Origin: Octopus sinensis
Lineage: Eukaryota
Reading direction: 5' to 3'
NCBI RefSeq assembly: GCF_006345805.1
Contig: NC_042997.1
Span: 67,456,001 to 67,520,000, forward strand
DNA: 64,000 nucleotides
This document shows positions 40,286 through 52,779 of the stretch, one piece after another. Both the position numbers and the translations under genes were made by a program. The notes beneath the pieces are model-generated. The model was not told the DNA's origin. It saw only the letters and a program-made list of their open reading frames with translations, and searched no databases. Position 1 is the first letter of the stretch. Each line of letters opens with the position of its first letter.

Positions 40286-42417
40286 AATAATAATAATAAT
40301 AATAATTATGATGATGATGATGATGTTTTCTTTATTAAACACTAAAGATTCACAAAAAACCTTGAGGACGGTACAGGACAATACAATGTGGGGTTACATA
40401 AAAAGCGTGTAAAAAGTAAAATATTAGTAACAATATAAAATTATAACAATGAATAATTCCCCCAAAGGGGGAACTCACAGAGTTCTCACAAAACCACGGT
40501 TGCCCTGACATGTGCCCTTTCACGCACCTTTTCACTAAATTGCTGGGAGGCAGCACTTCCCACTCTACCCTCACTTTCCTTTTCAAGTGAAACTTGAAAA
40601 GTTGATGAGGTTAAATTACAAATTTTGTTTTTGTTGCTTAAATCTTAGCAATGGGCCACCCTTGAGCTAAACGAAATGTGTTTTTGGGTAGAAAAATATT
40701 GCAAAAATCAATACATGTCAGAGTGACAACAAAGCGAAGAAGGTACCAGGTGCTGATGGGATGTGCTAGAAACAACTGCTACATCTCCCTTAAATCACAC
40801 ACCTTTACGTCGGAAAATATTTTCAAAATTGTTTTTCCTTTTTACTGAAAAGGTTTCTCCTATCTTCAAAAAGTTATGTAAAAAGTAGTTTAGTGAAGTT
40901 TGTATGCCGTAGGTAGATAAGAGTCCTTGCATCACGTGCGAAGGGCTTTGCTCTCGTCCAGGATTTGGGCTACATGCTATTTTAAAATGATAATTCTTAA
41001 AAAGAGGATACTATTATCTTATTAAGTACATTAGAACCGACCACCAAGTAGCACGCGCGCGCGTACACAAACACACCACACACACATACACATACCTATC
41101 TCTTGCAAAATTTTGATTTTGGGTTTTTTTTAAACACAATACACTTCTTAAAAGAAAAAAAATTGCGCTTTTTTAATTAAATTGAACTGGCAACCCCGTT
41201 CAGAATATACTAATTTGATTTTCATAAAGATTCATTTCTTAAAGCCACAGGTTGTTTAGACCAAGCTCAGTTCTTTTCTACTCTAGGGACAAGGCCCGAA
41301 ATTTTAAGGGAGGGGACCATCGATTAGATCGACCCAGTACGGAACTCGAAAGGATGAAAGGCAAAGTCGACCTCGGCAGAATTTGAACTCAGAACATAGC
41401 AGCAGACGAAATACCTATTTCTTTACTACCCACAAGGGGCTAAACACAGAGAGGACAAACAAGGACAGATAAACGGATTAAGTCGATTTTATCGACCCCA
41501 GTGCGTAACTGGTACTTATCTAATCAACCCCGAAAGGATGAAAAGCAAAGTCGACCTCGGCAGAATTTGAACTCAGAACGTAGCGGTAGACGAAATACCG
41601 CAAAGCAATTCGCCCGGCCTGCTAACGTTTCTGCCAGTTCGCAGCCTTGACCAAGCTCGGTCCTAAAAAGCAGACCTGTGAACCAAGTTTTCCAACCATG
41701 GCTATTTTCAGGCAATGTATTTATGGTTATATTGTCCAGTGTTTCCGATTTTAAAGATGGTTTCAGGGGAATCTGATGGTTATTCTAAGCAGATTAAGAG
41801 ACCATATACAGGTTCCATGCAAACTCCAGTTGTCGTTTAACCCACAAATTAAACAGTCTTATGAAGGCTAGTTATTTTTAGTTATTTTTTTAACAGTAGG
41901 ATATAATTTGAGGGAATTTGGCTGTTATTTCCAGCAGGTCGAACGACCACGTAGAGCTTCCCTTGTTATAAAAAAAAGTTTAGATTTAATCTGGAAAGGA
42001 GAAAGGCATACTGAGCCCAGCGGAATTTTAACTCCGACGTAAAGGGACGTAACTAAAAACTACAGGGGTGTGGAGTTCATAATACTCCTCCCATTTATTT
42101 TTTCTTCTGTGTTATCACTTATGTATAAAGGCGGGGGAAACTATGAATATCTCATGTTGCTAAATTTGTGTGCATCGCGTATGAACGAAGAAAGAAAGTT
42201 GGTGCGGCAGATTTACTACCAACAATGTTCTTCACGTACACACTCACGCACACACACATATACATAGCTGTATGAGTGTTACTATAGTAATATGTATCAT
42301 ATACCCTCTGCCGCATGTTGGCACACACATAGAGAGAGAAAGAGAGAGAGAGTAAATAGGGCTGGGAATCTTAGATGTATCTATCCTGATACGATTGAAA
42401 GCACAGCAGAGTGAAAC

Positions 42418-42544
42418 ATGGCGCTTGTTGCTATTGGACGGAATGCTTGTTCTTGCGCTGCTCGTTTAATGAGCCGATCCTCACCAGTAATAACATCATT
42501 ACAGAAATACAGACATTTCAGCCTGTCTTCTCGATCATATTCTG
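42418..42544 (+). CDS. GCSH: GCSH exon 1, mitochondrial transit peptide
   Basis: aaacATGG start; MALVAIGRNACSCAARLMSRSSPVITSLQKYRHFSLSSRSYS (R/S-rich, no acidic residues, RxFS motif); G|gtaagc phase 1 donor matches next exon. Confidence 0.85.
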
Positions 42545-43308
42545 GTAAGCATTGAACCGTGAAAAGCTATAGATATTGGGTTTTAAATTTCTTTTGTGAT
42601 AATTGCATGTATGGTTCGTTTGGCGAAATCCTTTACTGACCTTCACGTCTCTCTCTCTCTTATCGCTTTCGTATATATCAGTCGGTTATTGTATTAATTA
42701 AATAGATGTTTAAAAAATCAGAAAATATTAATGATGTGAATGGTCGTAATCTTCATAGTGTGTTTATTTTGCAGTTCGGACAACATTACTCGTATTCCAG
42801 TTAGAGCGGTTTTGTTAACTTTTTGAATATTAAAAGGGGAAAGGACGCAAATACATTAGAAAATCCTATTTCTTTTATTTTATACTCATTTACTTTATAA
42901 AGTCAAAAGCTAGCTTATATAAGTACGAAACTTTTCTTTGTACCCCCCCTCCACCCCGTTTGTCAACAAAGCTAGTTTTAACGTTACAAATCCCACGTGT
43001 TTCAAACTTGTAGCTGCGTAGAACATATACAAACCAGGCACGTAGCAGTGTATAAACAATGAAGTATGGGCTTTTTCTTATTTTTCAATATACTTCTGAA
43101 CTGCTTCGACATATTTACTGGAATAGTTTGTTTGAGAATCGAAATTCAGTTGTGAATTTAGGCTTGCCAGAATTGTTAGAGCGCAAGATTTAATATTGCC
43201 CCATTACGTTGTGACTTTAGTTTGGATTAGCTTTTTATCCTTCTGAGGTCATCTGTATAATCGACAGTTCGATCTCATAAAATATGTTATTGTACTCCAG
43301 CTAGAAAT

Positions 43309-43352
<44 letters not shown>

Positions 43353-44959
43353 TACAATTGTTGCATTACTCCCATTTACATGTCGCATTGAGTTGATACA
43401 AATATATATATAGATGATCCTTCGTTATTGGTCTATAGAGTGTTGGTACGGAGACAATGTCATTCACTCTCTTTATCTATGTCATGAGGGAAAGTTGTGT
43501 TGGTGAATGACATCGTGTACCAATACCGAAGGATTACCAACTCACTCATTCCTTATTTTCACATTCAGACCGTGCAGTCAGTGAAAACAAGTTATTTGCC
43601 AAACACATCTCAGTACCATGTCGGTATTCGCTGAAGCGATAGGACAAATATATCAGCGTGCATGTATTTGTGCGTACCCACCATTTTTTTTTTTTTCTTT
43701 GTATTAATTCTGATATCATCGAATCCACACACCCTGAAAGATATTTGTAGAAAATTTCATTAAAAAAATATCCACTTTTCTGAAAGATATGAGGGATCAA
43801 AGCCGCTCGTTTCCTAAACTTCTCTACTCACTTTCGGGAAAAAAATGTTCACAATTCCGATAAAATCGGAATCTACATCATCTGAAGCTTATTTGTAGAA
43901 AATTTCATCAAAAAGTGTCCATTTTTCTGAAAGTTATGAGGAAACAAAGTGGGGGGCACATTTGTGTAATTATGCATGGAAAAAGGCTTCAAGACAGGTA
44001 ACACAATGGGGATAGTCAGTCTAGTTTTACGTTTAAAATGTGTGATACAAAATTATCTGTTAAAAATCATCACCAAAACGGAGAAATCCAATTCCAACAT
44101 ATGTCGTGACGACTATTCAGAAAGTTTACCCTACAATTCTGCATAAATTTGAACTCAAAACAAAAGAAAGAAATCCTCCAAGGCTGCCTCTCTTTTCAAC
44201 TGAGACTTCAGCTTCTGCTATTTTGAACTTGATATCTCCACTTCAAACCTACTTACATTCTGTCCTTCATCTCATTGCGTCTTTATTCCACCCTCTCATC
44301 AATATGCGACAACCCATCCTACCCTTTACAGAACTAATTCTCTGTATCTTTTTCTCTCCTTCTACTGTTGATCTTTTGAACAGTTCAAGCTGAACATTAA
44401 ACCACATTAACTTTACTTCGTGTTTTACCTCATTTCCTTTCAAAAGGTGTCTGAAAAGGATTAATGAATTAAAAATGAAAACAAGTTTTTGAATAACAGA
44501 ATATTTACATATAAAATATCCATATTTAGGTTATTTTTCACACTACGACTCACCCCATGGACAGTTCTGCTTTACATGTCAAGCAATAGTTATTTTTTAA
44601 TTTTTATTAGTTTGCCTTGTTTCTTTCTTTTTAATATTTTGTTATCAGTTGTTTTTACGTTTATTTATCACAAGGTTTAGCTGGTTACATATGTGTAAAT
44701 GAGAAAAGTAGAGCAACAATAACATTTCTTAGATATTCAATTACTGGCCTATTTCTACTCCAGATCTAATAACTTTCAATAGTAACTGGCTTTATTTGCT
44801 GACATAAGTAAAATTATGTAATAAATATGAAAGTATTTGAAAGTTACCCTCCTCATTTAGAGACTACATATTGTGGTTGTGGGAGGGACTTCATTCAAGT
44901 AGCTATGGTTTTTTATGTTTCTCGCCTGAGTGAAAAATATGTACATACACGTAGGTGCT

Positions 44960-45335
44960 GGCATGGCTGTGTGGTAAGAAGCTTGGTTCCAAACTACATG
45001 GTTCTGGGTTCAATCCCACTGCGTGGCACCTTGTGCTAGTGTTTTCTACTGTAGCCGCAGGCGGACCAAAGCCCTGTGAGTGGATTTGTTTGACAGAAAC
45101 TGAAAAGAAGCCCATCACACACACACACACACATATATATGTGTGTGTCTTTGTCCCCCCCCCCCACCATCGCTTGACAACCGAAGTTGGTGTGTTTACA
45201 TCCCCGTAACTTAGCAGTTTGACAAAAGAGACCAGTAGATTAAGTACGAGGCTTTTGTGGCCGATTTCTTCAACTAAAACCCTTTAAGACAGTACCCCAT
45301 CATGGCTAGTCAAATGACTGAAATTAGTAAAAGAA
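44960..45335 (+). mobile_element. tRNA-derived SINE family 2; other copies at about 22450-22720, 51568-52170, 63260-63555, 28395-28785(-), 25855-26275(-), 12230-12405(-)
   Basis: tggctgtgtggtaaga A box, gggttcaatccc B box, ggcaccttgggcaagtgtcttctactatagc body. Confidence 0.85.
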
Positions 45336-46004
45336 TAAAGCCCTTACAGTGCCAGATTAACATCATTAAACAAAATAAGCATATGCTTATAGGATCCAGA
45401 GAAAGGAAGTACCACAGAAATGGTAAATGGTTTAAGACACAAAAGAAATCACTTTAAATTTGCTAAAATAATATTTGGGATGCCTTATATATAGAAGCAG
45501 ATGTGTTATGTAAGATTAATGTTGATCTGATCAAAGACTTTGCAATTAAAAAAAGTAGGAGAAAACTTTTCAAATTTAAATAGTGAAAGTATACAAAAAT
45601 AAATATTATTTTCCATCTTACTGTATTCTTTCATTTTGAAAAACAAAACTTTATTTTATGGTTTATATTTTGAATTCATCCTTTTTGCCTGCTGAGTGAA
45701 CTGGAGCAACATGAAATGAAGTGTCTTGTTCAAGGACATGACATGCCACTCTGGAAATTGAACTCTTGACCTTAGGATCATGAACCAAATACCCTAAGCA
45801 CTAAACCACGTGCCTTCACTTAGCTGGCAATAATGAGTAGTTACTGTATTTCAAAGGGCCGGCAATGTTGCATTCTGTGTCATGCTGAATCTCCCTGAGA
45901 ACGACATTAAGGGTACACACATCTGTGGAGTGCTCAGCCACTTAATTTCACAAGCAGGCTGTTTTGTTGATCAGAGCAGCTGGAACCCTCGTAACTGACA
46001 GAGT

Positions 46005-46046
<42 letters not shown>

Positions 46047-46975
46047 TAGGAAGGGCATCCAGCTGTAGAAACTCTGCCAGATCAGATTGGAGTCTGGTTC
46101 GCCAGACCTCGGTCAAATCGTCCAACCCATGCTAGCATGGAAAGCGGACGTTAAATGATGATGATATATATATATATATATATATATATTGGACTACATA
46201 TATATGGAGGTACCAAAATCCTTTAAGTGCTTAGGGCCTCTGGCTTTTAATCTGCCTCTGCATACTTACATGACAAGCCTATGTGCAGTTTTCATCTACC
46301 AAATTCTCTTTACAATGAATTGGTTGACTTCAGGCTATAACACAAAATACTTGCCCAATATGCCATGTGGTGTGGTTTAAATGCAGAAATGTCTGGTTGT
46401 GAAGCAAACTTCTTTATCAACACAACAACTGAGTTAAAAGATTACCCTTTATAAGCTGAGGACCTGTTGAAGCAGGTTTGACTAAAAGTAATCAATGTCA
46501 GCTACTAAACCAACATCTGCTATAAAATTGTGATGAGCTGAGCAGAGACCTACTCTCATTTCTTTCTTTACCATATCTTTAAAGAAATGCACAATTTGTA
46601 TGACATTTTTTTTTTTAAATTCATTTTGAAAATAATTGACAAAGTTAATGGATTTGAGCTACCGTTTGTTGTGGTTCTTTCATTATTAAACTGGAGTTTG
46701 GAACATAATTTAGCAAAGTATTCTTAAATAAAATTATGATGGAAGCTATTTTAAATATGTTGGATTGGTATTAAAAGGATTAAATCTCTGCTACTGTAGT
46801 AATTAATATTGAGAATGTGTGACTTGACTCTAGATAAATGATTTTTAACCTCCTGAAATAAGTTAATTTTAACAGATTAAAGTGTATAAATCACTAAAAA
46901 GCTAACCAGAAATAAATATAGTGAGGAAAAAAATTTATTTAATCACTAACTGAAAATATTTTCACTGGGAAACAA

Positions 46976-47017
46976 CTCTAGACATGTTTCAGTCTTAATC
47001 TGACCTTGTCAGTGAAG
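46976..47017 (-). ncRNA. Degenerate minimal hammerhead motif
   Basis: CUUCA-CUGACAA-GGUC(AGAUUAA)GACU-GAAAC(AU)GUC-UAGAG; G8A change is consistent with CpG decay. Confidence 0.55.
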
Positions 47018-47314
47018 TGTGTGTGTGTCCTTCTCTCTTTTTCTTAGTTTTTAGAATAGGTACACTACCTCTGCATGTCTTAAGAGGTGACATCAAAAAG
47101 ATTTGGCATGAGGAAGGGGATCTCATAAAATGTTGCCTCTAGAGGCCCTGCGCAAGCCATGGATAGTGATGATATATATATATATATATGAGTACAGGAC
47201 ACCGCAAATAAACGTAGAACACAACGAGAAACGAAAACATAAAATCAAACAAGGAAACGGACTTTTTTTAACAACGTAAAAACAGAGTACAGGACAAACA
47301 ATACAAGGAAAATT

Positions 47315-47387
47315 CCCCTTCATCAGCTGCCCCTGGTTCGACTCAATGCGTGTTTCGAAGGTAAGAGCAGAACACGGCCAGGCCGAA
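47315..47387 (-). ncRNA. Candidate scrambled-order hammerhead-like RNA (family A)
   Basis: CGUGU-U-CUGCUCUU / CCUUC-GAA-ACACG / AGGGGCAG-CUGAUGA-AGGGG; stems I and III fully complementary. Confidence 0.5.
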
Positions 47388-48033
47388 GCAGTCCTTCCTG
47401 CAAAAGGAATTAAATAAAATTCTTTTGCAGAGGGGTAAAACAAGTGACAAGAACAGGATGTAAAAGCAATACAAATGAAGAAAAAAACAGTACAGAATAA
47501 CAGGACAAAGAATAACAATAAAGAATAACAGGACAAGGAAACCAACAATAAGGGCTTATATATATATATATCATTCACTCATGGCAGTGGGTCAACGTTT
47601 AGTTACTCATGAATATTTCTAGGATTCATTACTAATTCCATTCTCACCCAAATTCAATTTTTTTTTTTTTTAATTTTATCTAGTTTCAGCTCATGAGCTG
47701 TGGCCATGCTGGGGCACCGCCATTAAAATATCAGTGCCCGGGTCCATTGACTTTGTGTCTAAATATCTCAATTAATATTGAAAACTATACAACAGTTGTG
47801 TTCAAATGAACCACATGGTGCAAACCTTGTTAAAAAATATTAGACACATAATAGCCTTTTCATTTTAAGATATCTGTTGTTATAATGCATCAGATGTCAT
47901 AGGTAGCTTAGCTTAATGGTACAGAGAGCTTAACAGGAGTTTCAGAGGTGTGGGGTTTGATTCTTTGTAATGGCTTGCTTAGCCTCATTTTTTTATTCCG
48001 TTTTTCTAAGGGTATACAGCTGATCTTCTAAGC

Positions 48034-50010
48034 CAGTGGTTCTTAACCTGGGTTCGATCAAACCCTAGGGGTTCATTGAGCCAGTCTCAGGTTCGGCGGG
48101 GGTCAAAATACACACAGCATAGCCTGGTTCACACTAGCAATGTCGGACCAATTTTGTCAGCTGTCAAAAAACCGGCTGCCAACAATTTGGCAACACAATT
48201 TTTCTTCACTATGTTAGATTACAGATAGTTAGTTGCATAGTAAAATAAATTTCCATGATAAACTAGTTTATTAAAAGATAAGTTACAATAACAGTATAAA
48301 ATTTAATTTTAAAATATTAATTTATAAATAAATAAAAATATTTTAAAAGTGTTTTGAACAAAGCAAAAAATTGGCCCAGGTGTGTGTGTCTGTTCCTTTC
48401 AGCCCACTCATATTGTTTGTGACATCATTGGCTGCAGCTGATCATGCTACATCGCTTGGCTTTGATATCTGTGCTGCAGGATACTTGGTGTGCTCAGTAG
48501 TCCACTTGTGGCTGTTGTGATTGTACATCATTTGTGATTTTCTTTTAATCTTACAAACCCTTTATACTAACTATGTTGATGGGAAAAAGAAAGTGGTTGA
48601 ACGAATACATACAGTATGGCTTCACGTGTATAAAGGAACGTGATGGGACTCAGCATCCTCAATGCATGATTTGCAATGCCAAGTTGAGCAATTCTAGTCT
48701 AGCACCAGCAAAACTAAAAGAACACTTCCTAGAGCTGCATGGAGATAGGAAATACAAGAACACAACACTTGCTGAATTCAAGGTGAAACGAATCAGATTC
48801 GATGAAAAGGCTACTCTGCCTGTTCTTGGCTTTGTACCCATCAACAAACTGATCCTCACAGCATCATACGAAGTTGTGTACTTGATCGCAAAGCAGGGCA
48901 AACCACACACCATTGGTGAAACACTCATATAACCAGTTGCTTTGAAGATGGCAAATATCATGCTGGGAAAAGCTGCTGAAGATAAGTTATCCCAAATTCC
49001 TCTTTAAAATAACACTACCAGCAGAAGAATGTATGATATGAGCGATGACATCTTGGTTCAAGTAGTTGCAGATCTGATTTCAAACCCAGCAAAATTCAGC
49101 CTCCAACTTGACAAGACCACCAACATTTCCAGTCTGAGCCTGCTTCTTGCTGTATTCAAGCGCTAAGTGAAAGACAACATGATAAAGGAAGATTTTATTT
49201 ATCTTGTAAGCCTCTTACAACAAAAACCAAGGAAGCTGATGTGAAGAAACTCATGGATAGCTTCTTCAGAGACAATGGGCTCTCATGGAATATGGTTTCT
49301 GCAGTTTGTTCAGACAGAGCTCCAGCCATGCTGGGATGACACTCTGGTTTTGGAGTGGTGGTGAAATCTGATGCACCACTCATCATTGTTACATACTGTG
49401 TTCTATACAGGCATGAATTGGTAACAAAAATTTTGCCTCCAAAACTGGCAGAAGTATTAAAACTTATAGTTGAATTTGTGAACTACATGTAAAATAGTAC
49501 TGTGAAGCACTGCATCTTCAAAGAGCTGTGTAATGAAATGGGCTCTGAATTCGAGGTACTTTTATACCATTCTAACATCTGGTGGTTATCCCAGGAAAGG
49601 TGCTAAATTTTATTTTTACTATGCATGTGGAATTAGCCCTGTTTTTGCGAAAGTACAACATTGTCATGTAGATTGCTTCAAAAATTCTGAGTTCATTCTC
49701 ATTTTAGCATACATGGCTGATATTTTTGATGCTCTTGATCTTCTCAATCGACAGATGCAGGGCAGTTGAGTCAACATCATTGAAGCTGAAGAAAACCTGA
49801 AGGTGTTTTAAAAAAAGCTACCTTTATGGAAACAATGAACAGAGAATGATAATTTCACAAACTTCTCCCCATTGGACAACTCTGTAAGTAAGATTGAAGA
49901 TGTGTCTGGAATTGGAGACACTTCTGTATCTGGAGAGCTGAAGTAAGCTATTACCATGCACTTAGATGAGCTTAGAAAGTCTCTCGACGGATACTTCCCC
50001 ACCAGAGTGT
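48034..50010 (+). mobile_element. Degenerate Buster/Charlie-type hAT transposon; right end not found
   Basis: Left TIR CAGTGGTTCTTAACCT preceded by ttcTAagc (NNNTANNN target); BED-finger ORF EYIQYGF..PQCMIC..LKEHFLELH, KPHTIGETLI; many stops. Confidence 0.9.
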
Positions 50011-51383
50011 CCTATCTGAAATTGTTCATCATGTAGTGTGTGCATTTTTGGGGGGTTTTCTTTTTATTGCAAATTATTTTAATTTAAATTAATATTTTAT
50101 TTAAATGTTTCTGTGTATTAAGCTGAAACATTTGTCTTATTTTTTAAAATTTTATTTTCATAACAAAACTCATTATTTAATAATCTTAAATCATAGATCT
50201 TGTGTTATTAGATTAACCTCATATAGAATGTATGTGATTCAAAAGAGTAAAAGATAGTAAAAAAAATATATCGTCTGCATTATCAGATATCAAAATATTT
50301 TTCTGTTTACATTTAGGAGAAAATTTAAAAAAAACGAAAGCTAATGAACAAATTGTGTGCAAAATGTCGAAATGACTGGCGTTTTTTTTTTTAAACCTTT
50401 AGCATTTAATCTGGCCATATCCAGCCCAGATATTCTATCTGTTTTATGTTAAAACTGATGAAATCCTACCCTACAATGTTATTCTGAAAATAAACAATCA
50501 CAACATTGAAATTTTGATGCTGTGAGATAATACATGATTAATTCAAAGCAATGTGAATAAATAAGCATCACATTTGACAATAACCTGAATGCTAAAGGGT
50601 TAAAAAAACTTAGTGAGTTCTAACACATTGTCAATTTTGCTTAAATTGCTATTACATGATTTTTTTAAAATTATATATATTTGTAATATCAAATTTTTAA
50701 TGTGGAAACTTGCAGGCAATTAATCTTTTCACTAAAATTGAAAACAAATAGCTTGAGTATTTTAATTTAAACTTTTATGTAAAAATAAAAAAATATAAAA
50801 GAGCATTTATTACTATTTTTGTTTTTTAAATTCTAACTTCAGCAGGATTATTTTTTAAGCTTTTTCTCCTTGTCCTGTACTTTTCCAGGTTCAGTGCATA
50901 AGAATATTGTAGCTCTCTGTGCTCACATTTTTCATTCTTTTACTGCTTATTCTGTACTTATCCAGATTCAATACTTAGGAATATTTTAGAATTCTGTGCC
51001 TGCACTTTTCATTCTGTTATTGCTTGTTGTGTACTTTTCCAGGTATGATACTTAAGAATATTTTAGGATTCTGCATCTGCATTTTTCTCATTCTCGCTCT
51101 CTCTCTCTCTTTCTCTTTATGTCTATCTTCTAATTTCATACAAGATACATTTCTGCCTGAACAAATCAGTCACTATTTTCTTCGCTACATAACAATCACT
51201 TCATGCTTGGCATTGAATATATATTCACATTTTTTAACAATGGATCTTGACCTAGCAACATTAATATCAGTAATTACATTTGGTTGACAACAAAAGAAAC
51301 AAGTGTTCAATTTCCACAAAAGTCTTTCTTTTAATTCTGTATTCCCTGTTTATTGTTTTTTCCTTTTTTTTTTTTTCTTTTAG

Positions 51384-51463
51384 AGAGATTTTATAACAAG
51401 TCCCATGAATGGATTTCCTTAAGTAATGGTGTTGGAACTATCGGGATTTCTGATTATGCTCAG
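51384..51463 (+). CDS. GCSH: GCSH exon 2 (glycine cleavage system H protein); later exons, including the lipoyl-lysine, not found in window
   Basis: Long poly-T tract then tag|(E)RFYNKSHEWISLSNGVGTIGISDYAQ|gtaag; HEW...GT.GISxxAQ is the H-protein N-terminal signature. Confidence 0.93.
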
Positions 51464-51713
51464 GTAAGAAACATTGCATATAATTCCAAACATTTTTATA
51501 GCTAAGTGGTTTTGCATTAAAATCATTTTAATGCCATATATGTGTGCATTAATATATGGCTGTGCTGGCATGATTGTGTGGTAAGAAGATTGTTTCCCTG
51601 CCACATGATTCCAGTTCAGTCCCACTGTGTGACACCTTGGACAAGTCTCTTCTACTATAGCCTTGGGCCAACCAAAGCCTTGTAAGTGTATATGGTACAC
51701 AGAAACTGAAAGA

Positions 51714-51945
51714 AGGCGGTGAGCTGGCAGAAACATTAGCACGCCGGGCGAAATGCTTAGCAGTATTTTGTCTGCTGTTACGTTCTGAGTTCAAATTCCG
51801 CCTAGGTCAACTTTGCCTTTCATCCTTTCGTGGTCAATAAATTAAGTACCAGTTGCATAGTGAGGTCGATGTAATCGACTTAATCTCTTTGTCTGTCCTT
51901 GTTTGTCTACTCTCTGTTTAGCCCCTTGTGGGCAATAAAGAAATA
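51714..51945 (+). mobile_element. tRNA-like SINE family 1; other copies at about 93-300, 1720-1925, 10887-11030, 18893-19240, 21750-21980, 32905-33122(-), 41270-41645(-), 59715-59903(-), 61560-61760(-)
   Basis: ggcggtgagctggcagaa A-box-like head, gagttcaaattcc B box, body gactttgcctttcatcctttcggggtcgataaattaagtaccag. Confidence 0.85.
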
Positions 51946-52248
51946 AGAAATTGAAAGAAGCCTGTTGTGTGTGTGTTTGTATCTGTGTTTTTGTAACCCA
52001 CCACCACTTCGGTGTTGGTTTGTTTATGACTCTGTAAATTAGTGGTTCAGCAAAAGAGGCCAATAGAATAAATACAAGTCTTAAAAAGGTAAATACTGAG
52101 GTTCAACTACAAATTTTCAAGTCAGTGCCCAAGCATGGCCACAGTCTAATGACAAAAACAAGCAGAAGATAAGATATATATATATATATATAATGTCAAT
52201 AGCCTTCTTCAGCCGCGCACAATTACCACACCATATATATATATATAT

Positions 52249-52310
<62 letters not shown>

Positions 52311-52326
52311 GGTGTGGTAATTTTGC

Positions 52327-52393
52327 GCGGCTGAAGAAGGCTATTGACATACATGTTACATCAATTATGCATTGATATAAACATATGTACCGC
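52327..52393 (+). ncRNA. Degenerate hammerhead motif in the right arm of an inverted repeat
   Basis: GCGG-CUGAAGA-AGGC...UAAAC(AUAU)GUA-CCGC; G12 and the stem II closure are lost. Confidence 0.45.
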
Positions 52394-52779
52394 TAAATCC
52401 TTTGCATCGTGTTTTTCTTTTGATAAATATACCCTATCACCTACACCACTAACTGGCATATACAGGTGCTTACAGTTATCAAGTATTCACCGTGAATTTT
52501 TTTTGTGTATATATATATATATACACACATCATACATACATACATACATACATACATACATTGTCACAGATTGGCTGGCTGAATATTCTAAGATTTTAAA
52601 ATTCCATCTACTATTAATATGCTGTTTCGAATACTTCTAAAGGCTGAATGTAATTCCCACTCCTACTTCGGGTTTATCTCCTATGTAAGGTTGTGATCAT
52701 ATAATGCATAAAAATGATGGTGTAGTGTATGCAGGTTGAAGGCTATTGTTTGTTTATGAATTCTGCCAAATGCAAGCTT

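Noticed and set aside
44960-45030. tRNA genes at SINE heads
   Set aside because: A and B boxes are present but there is no full cloverleaf, and the sequence continues into a repeated SINE body
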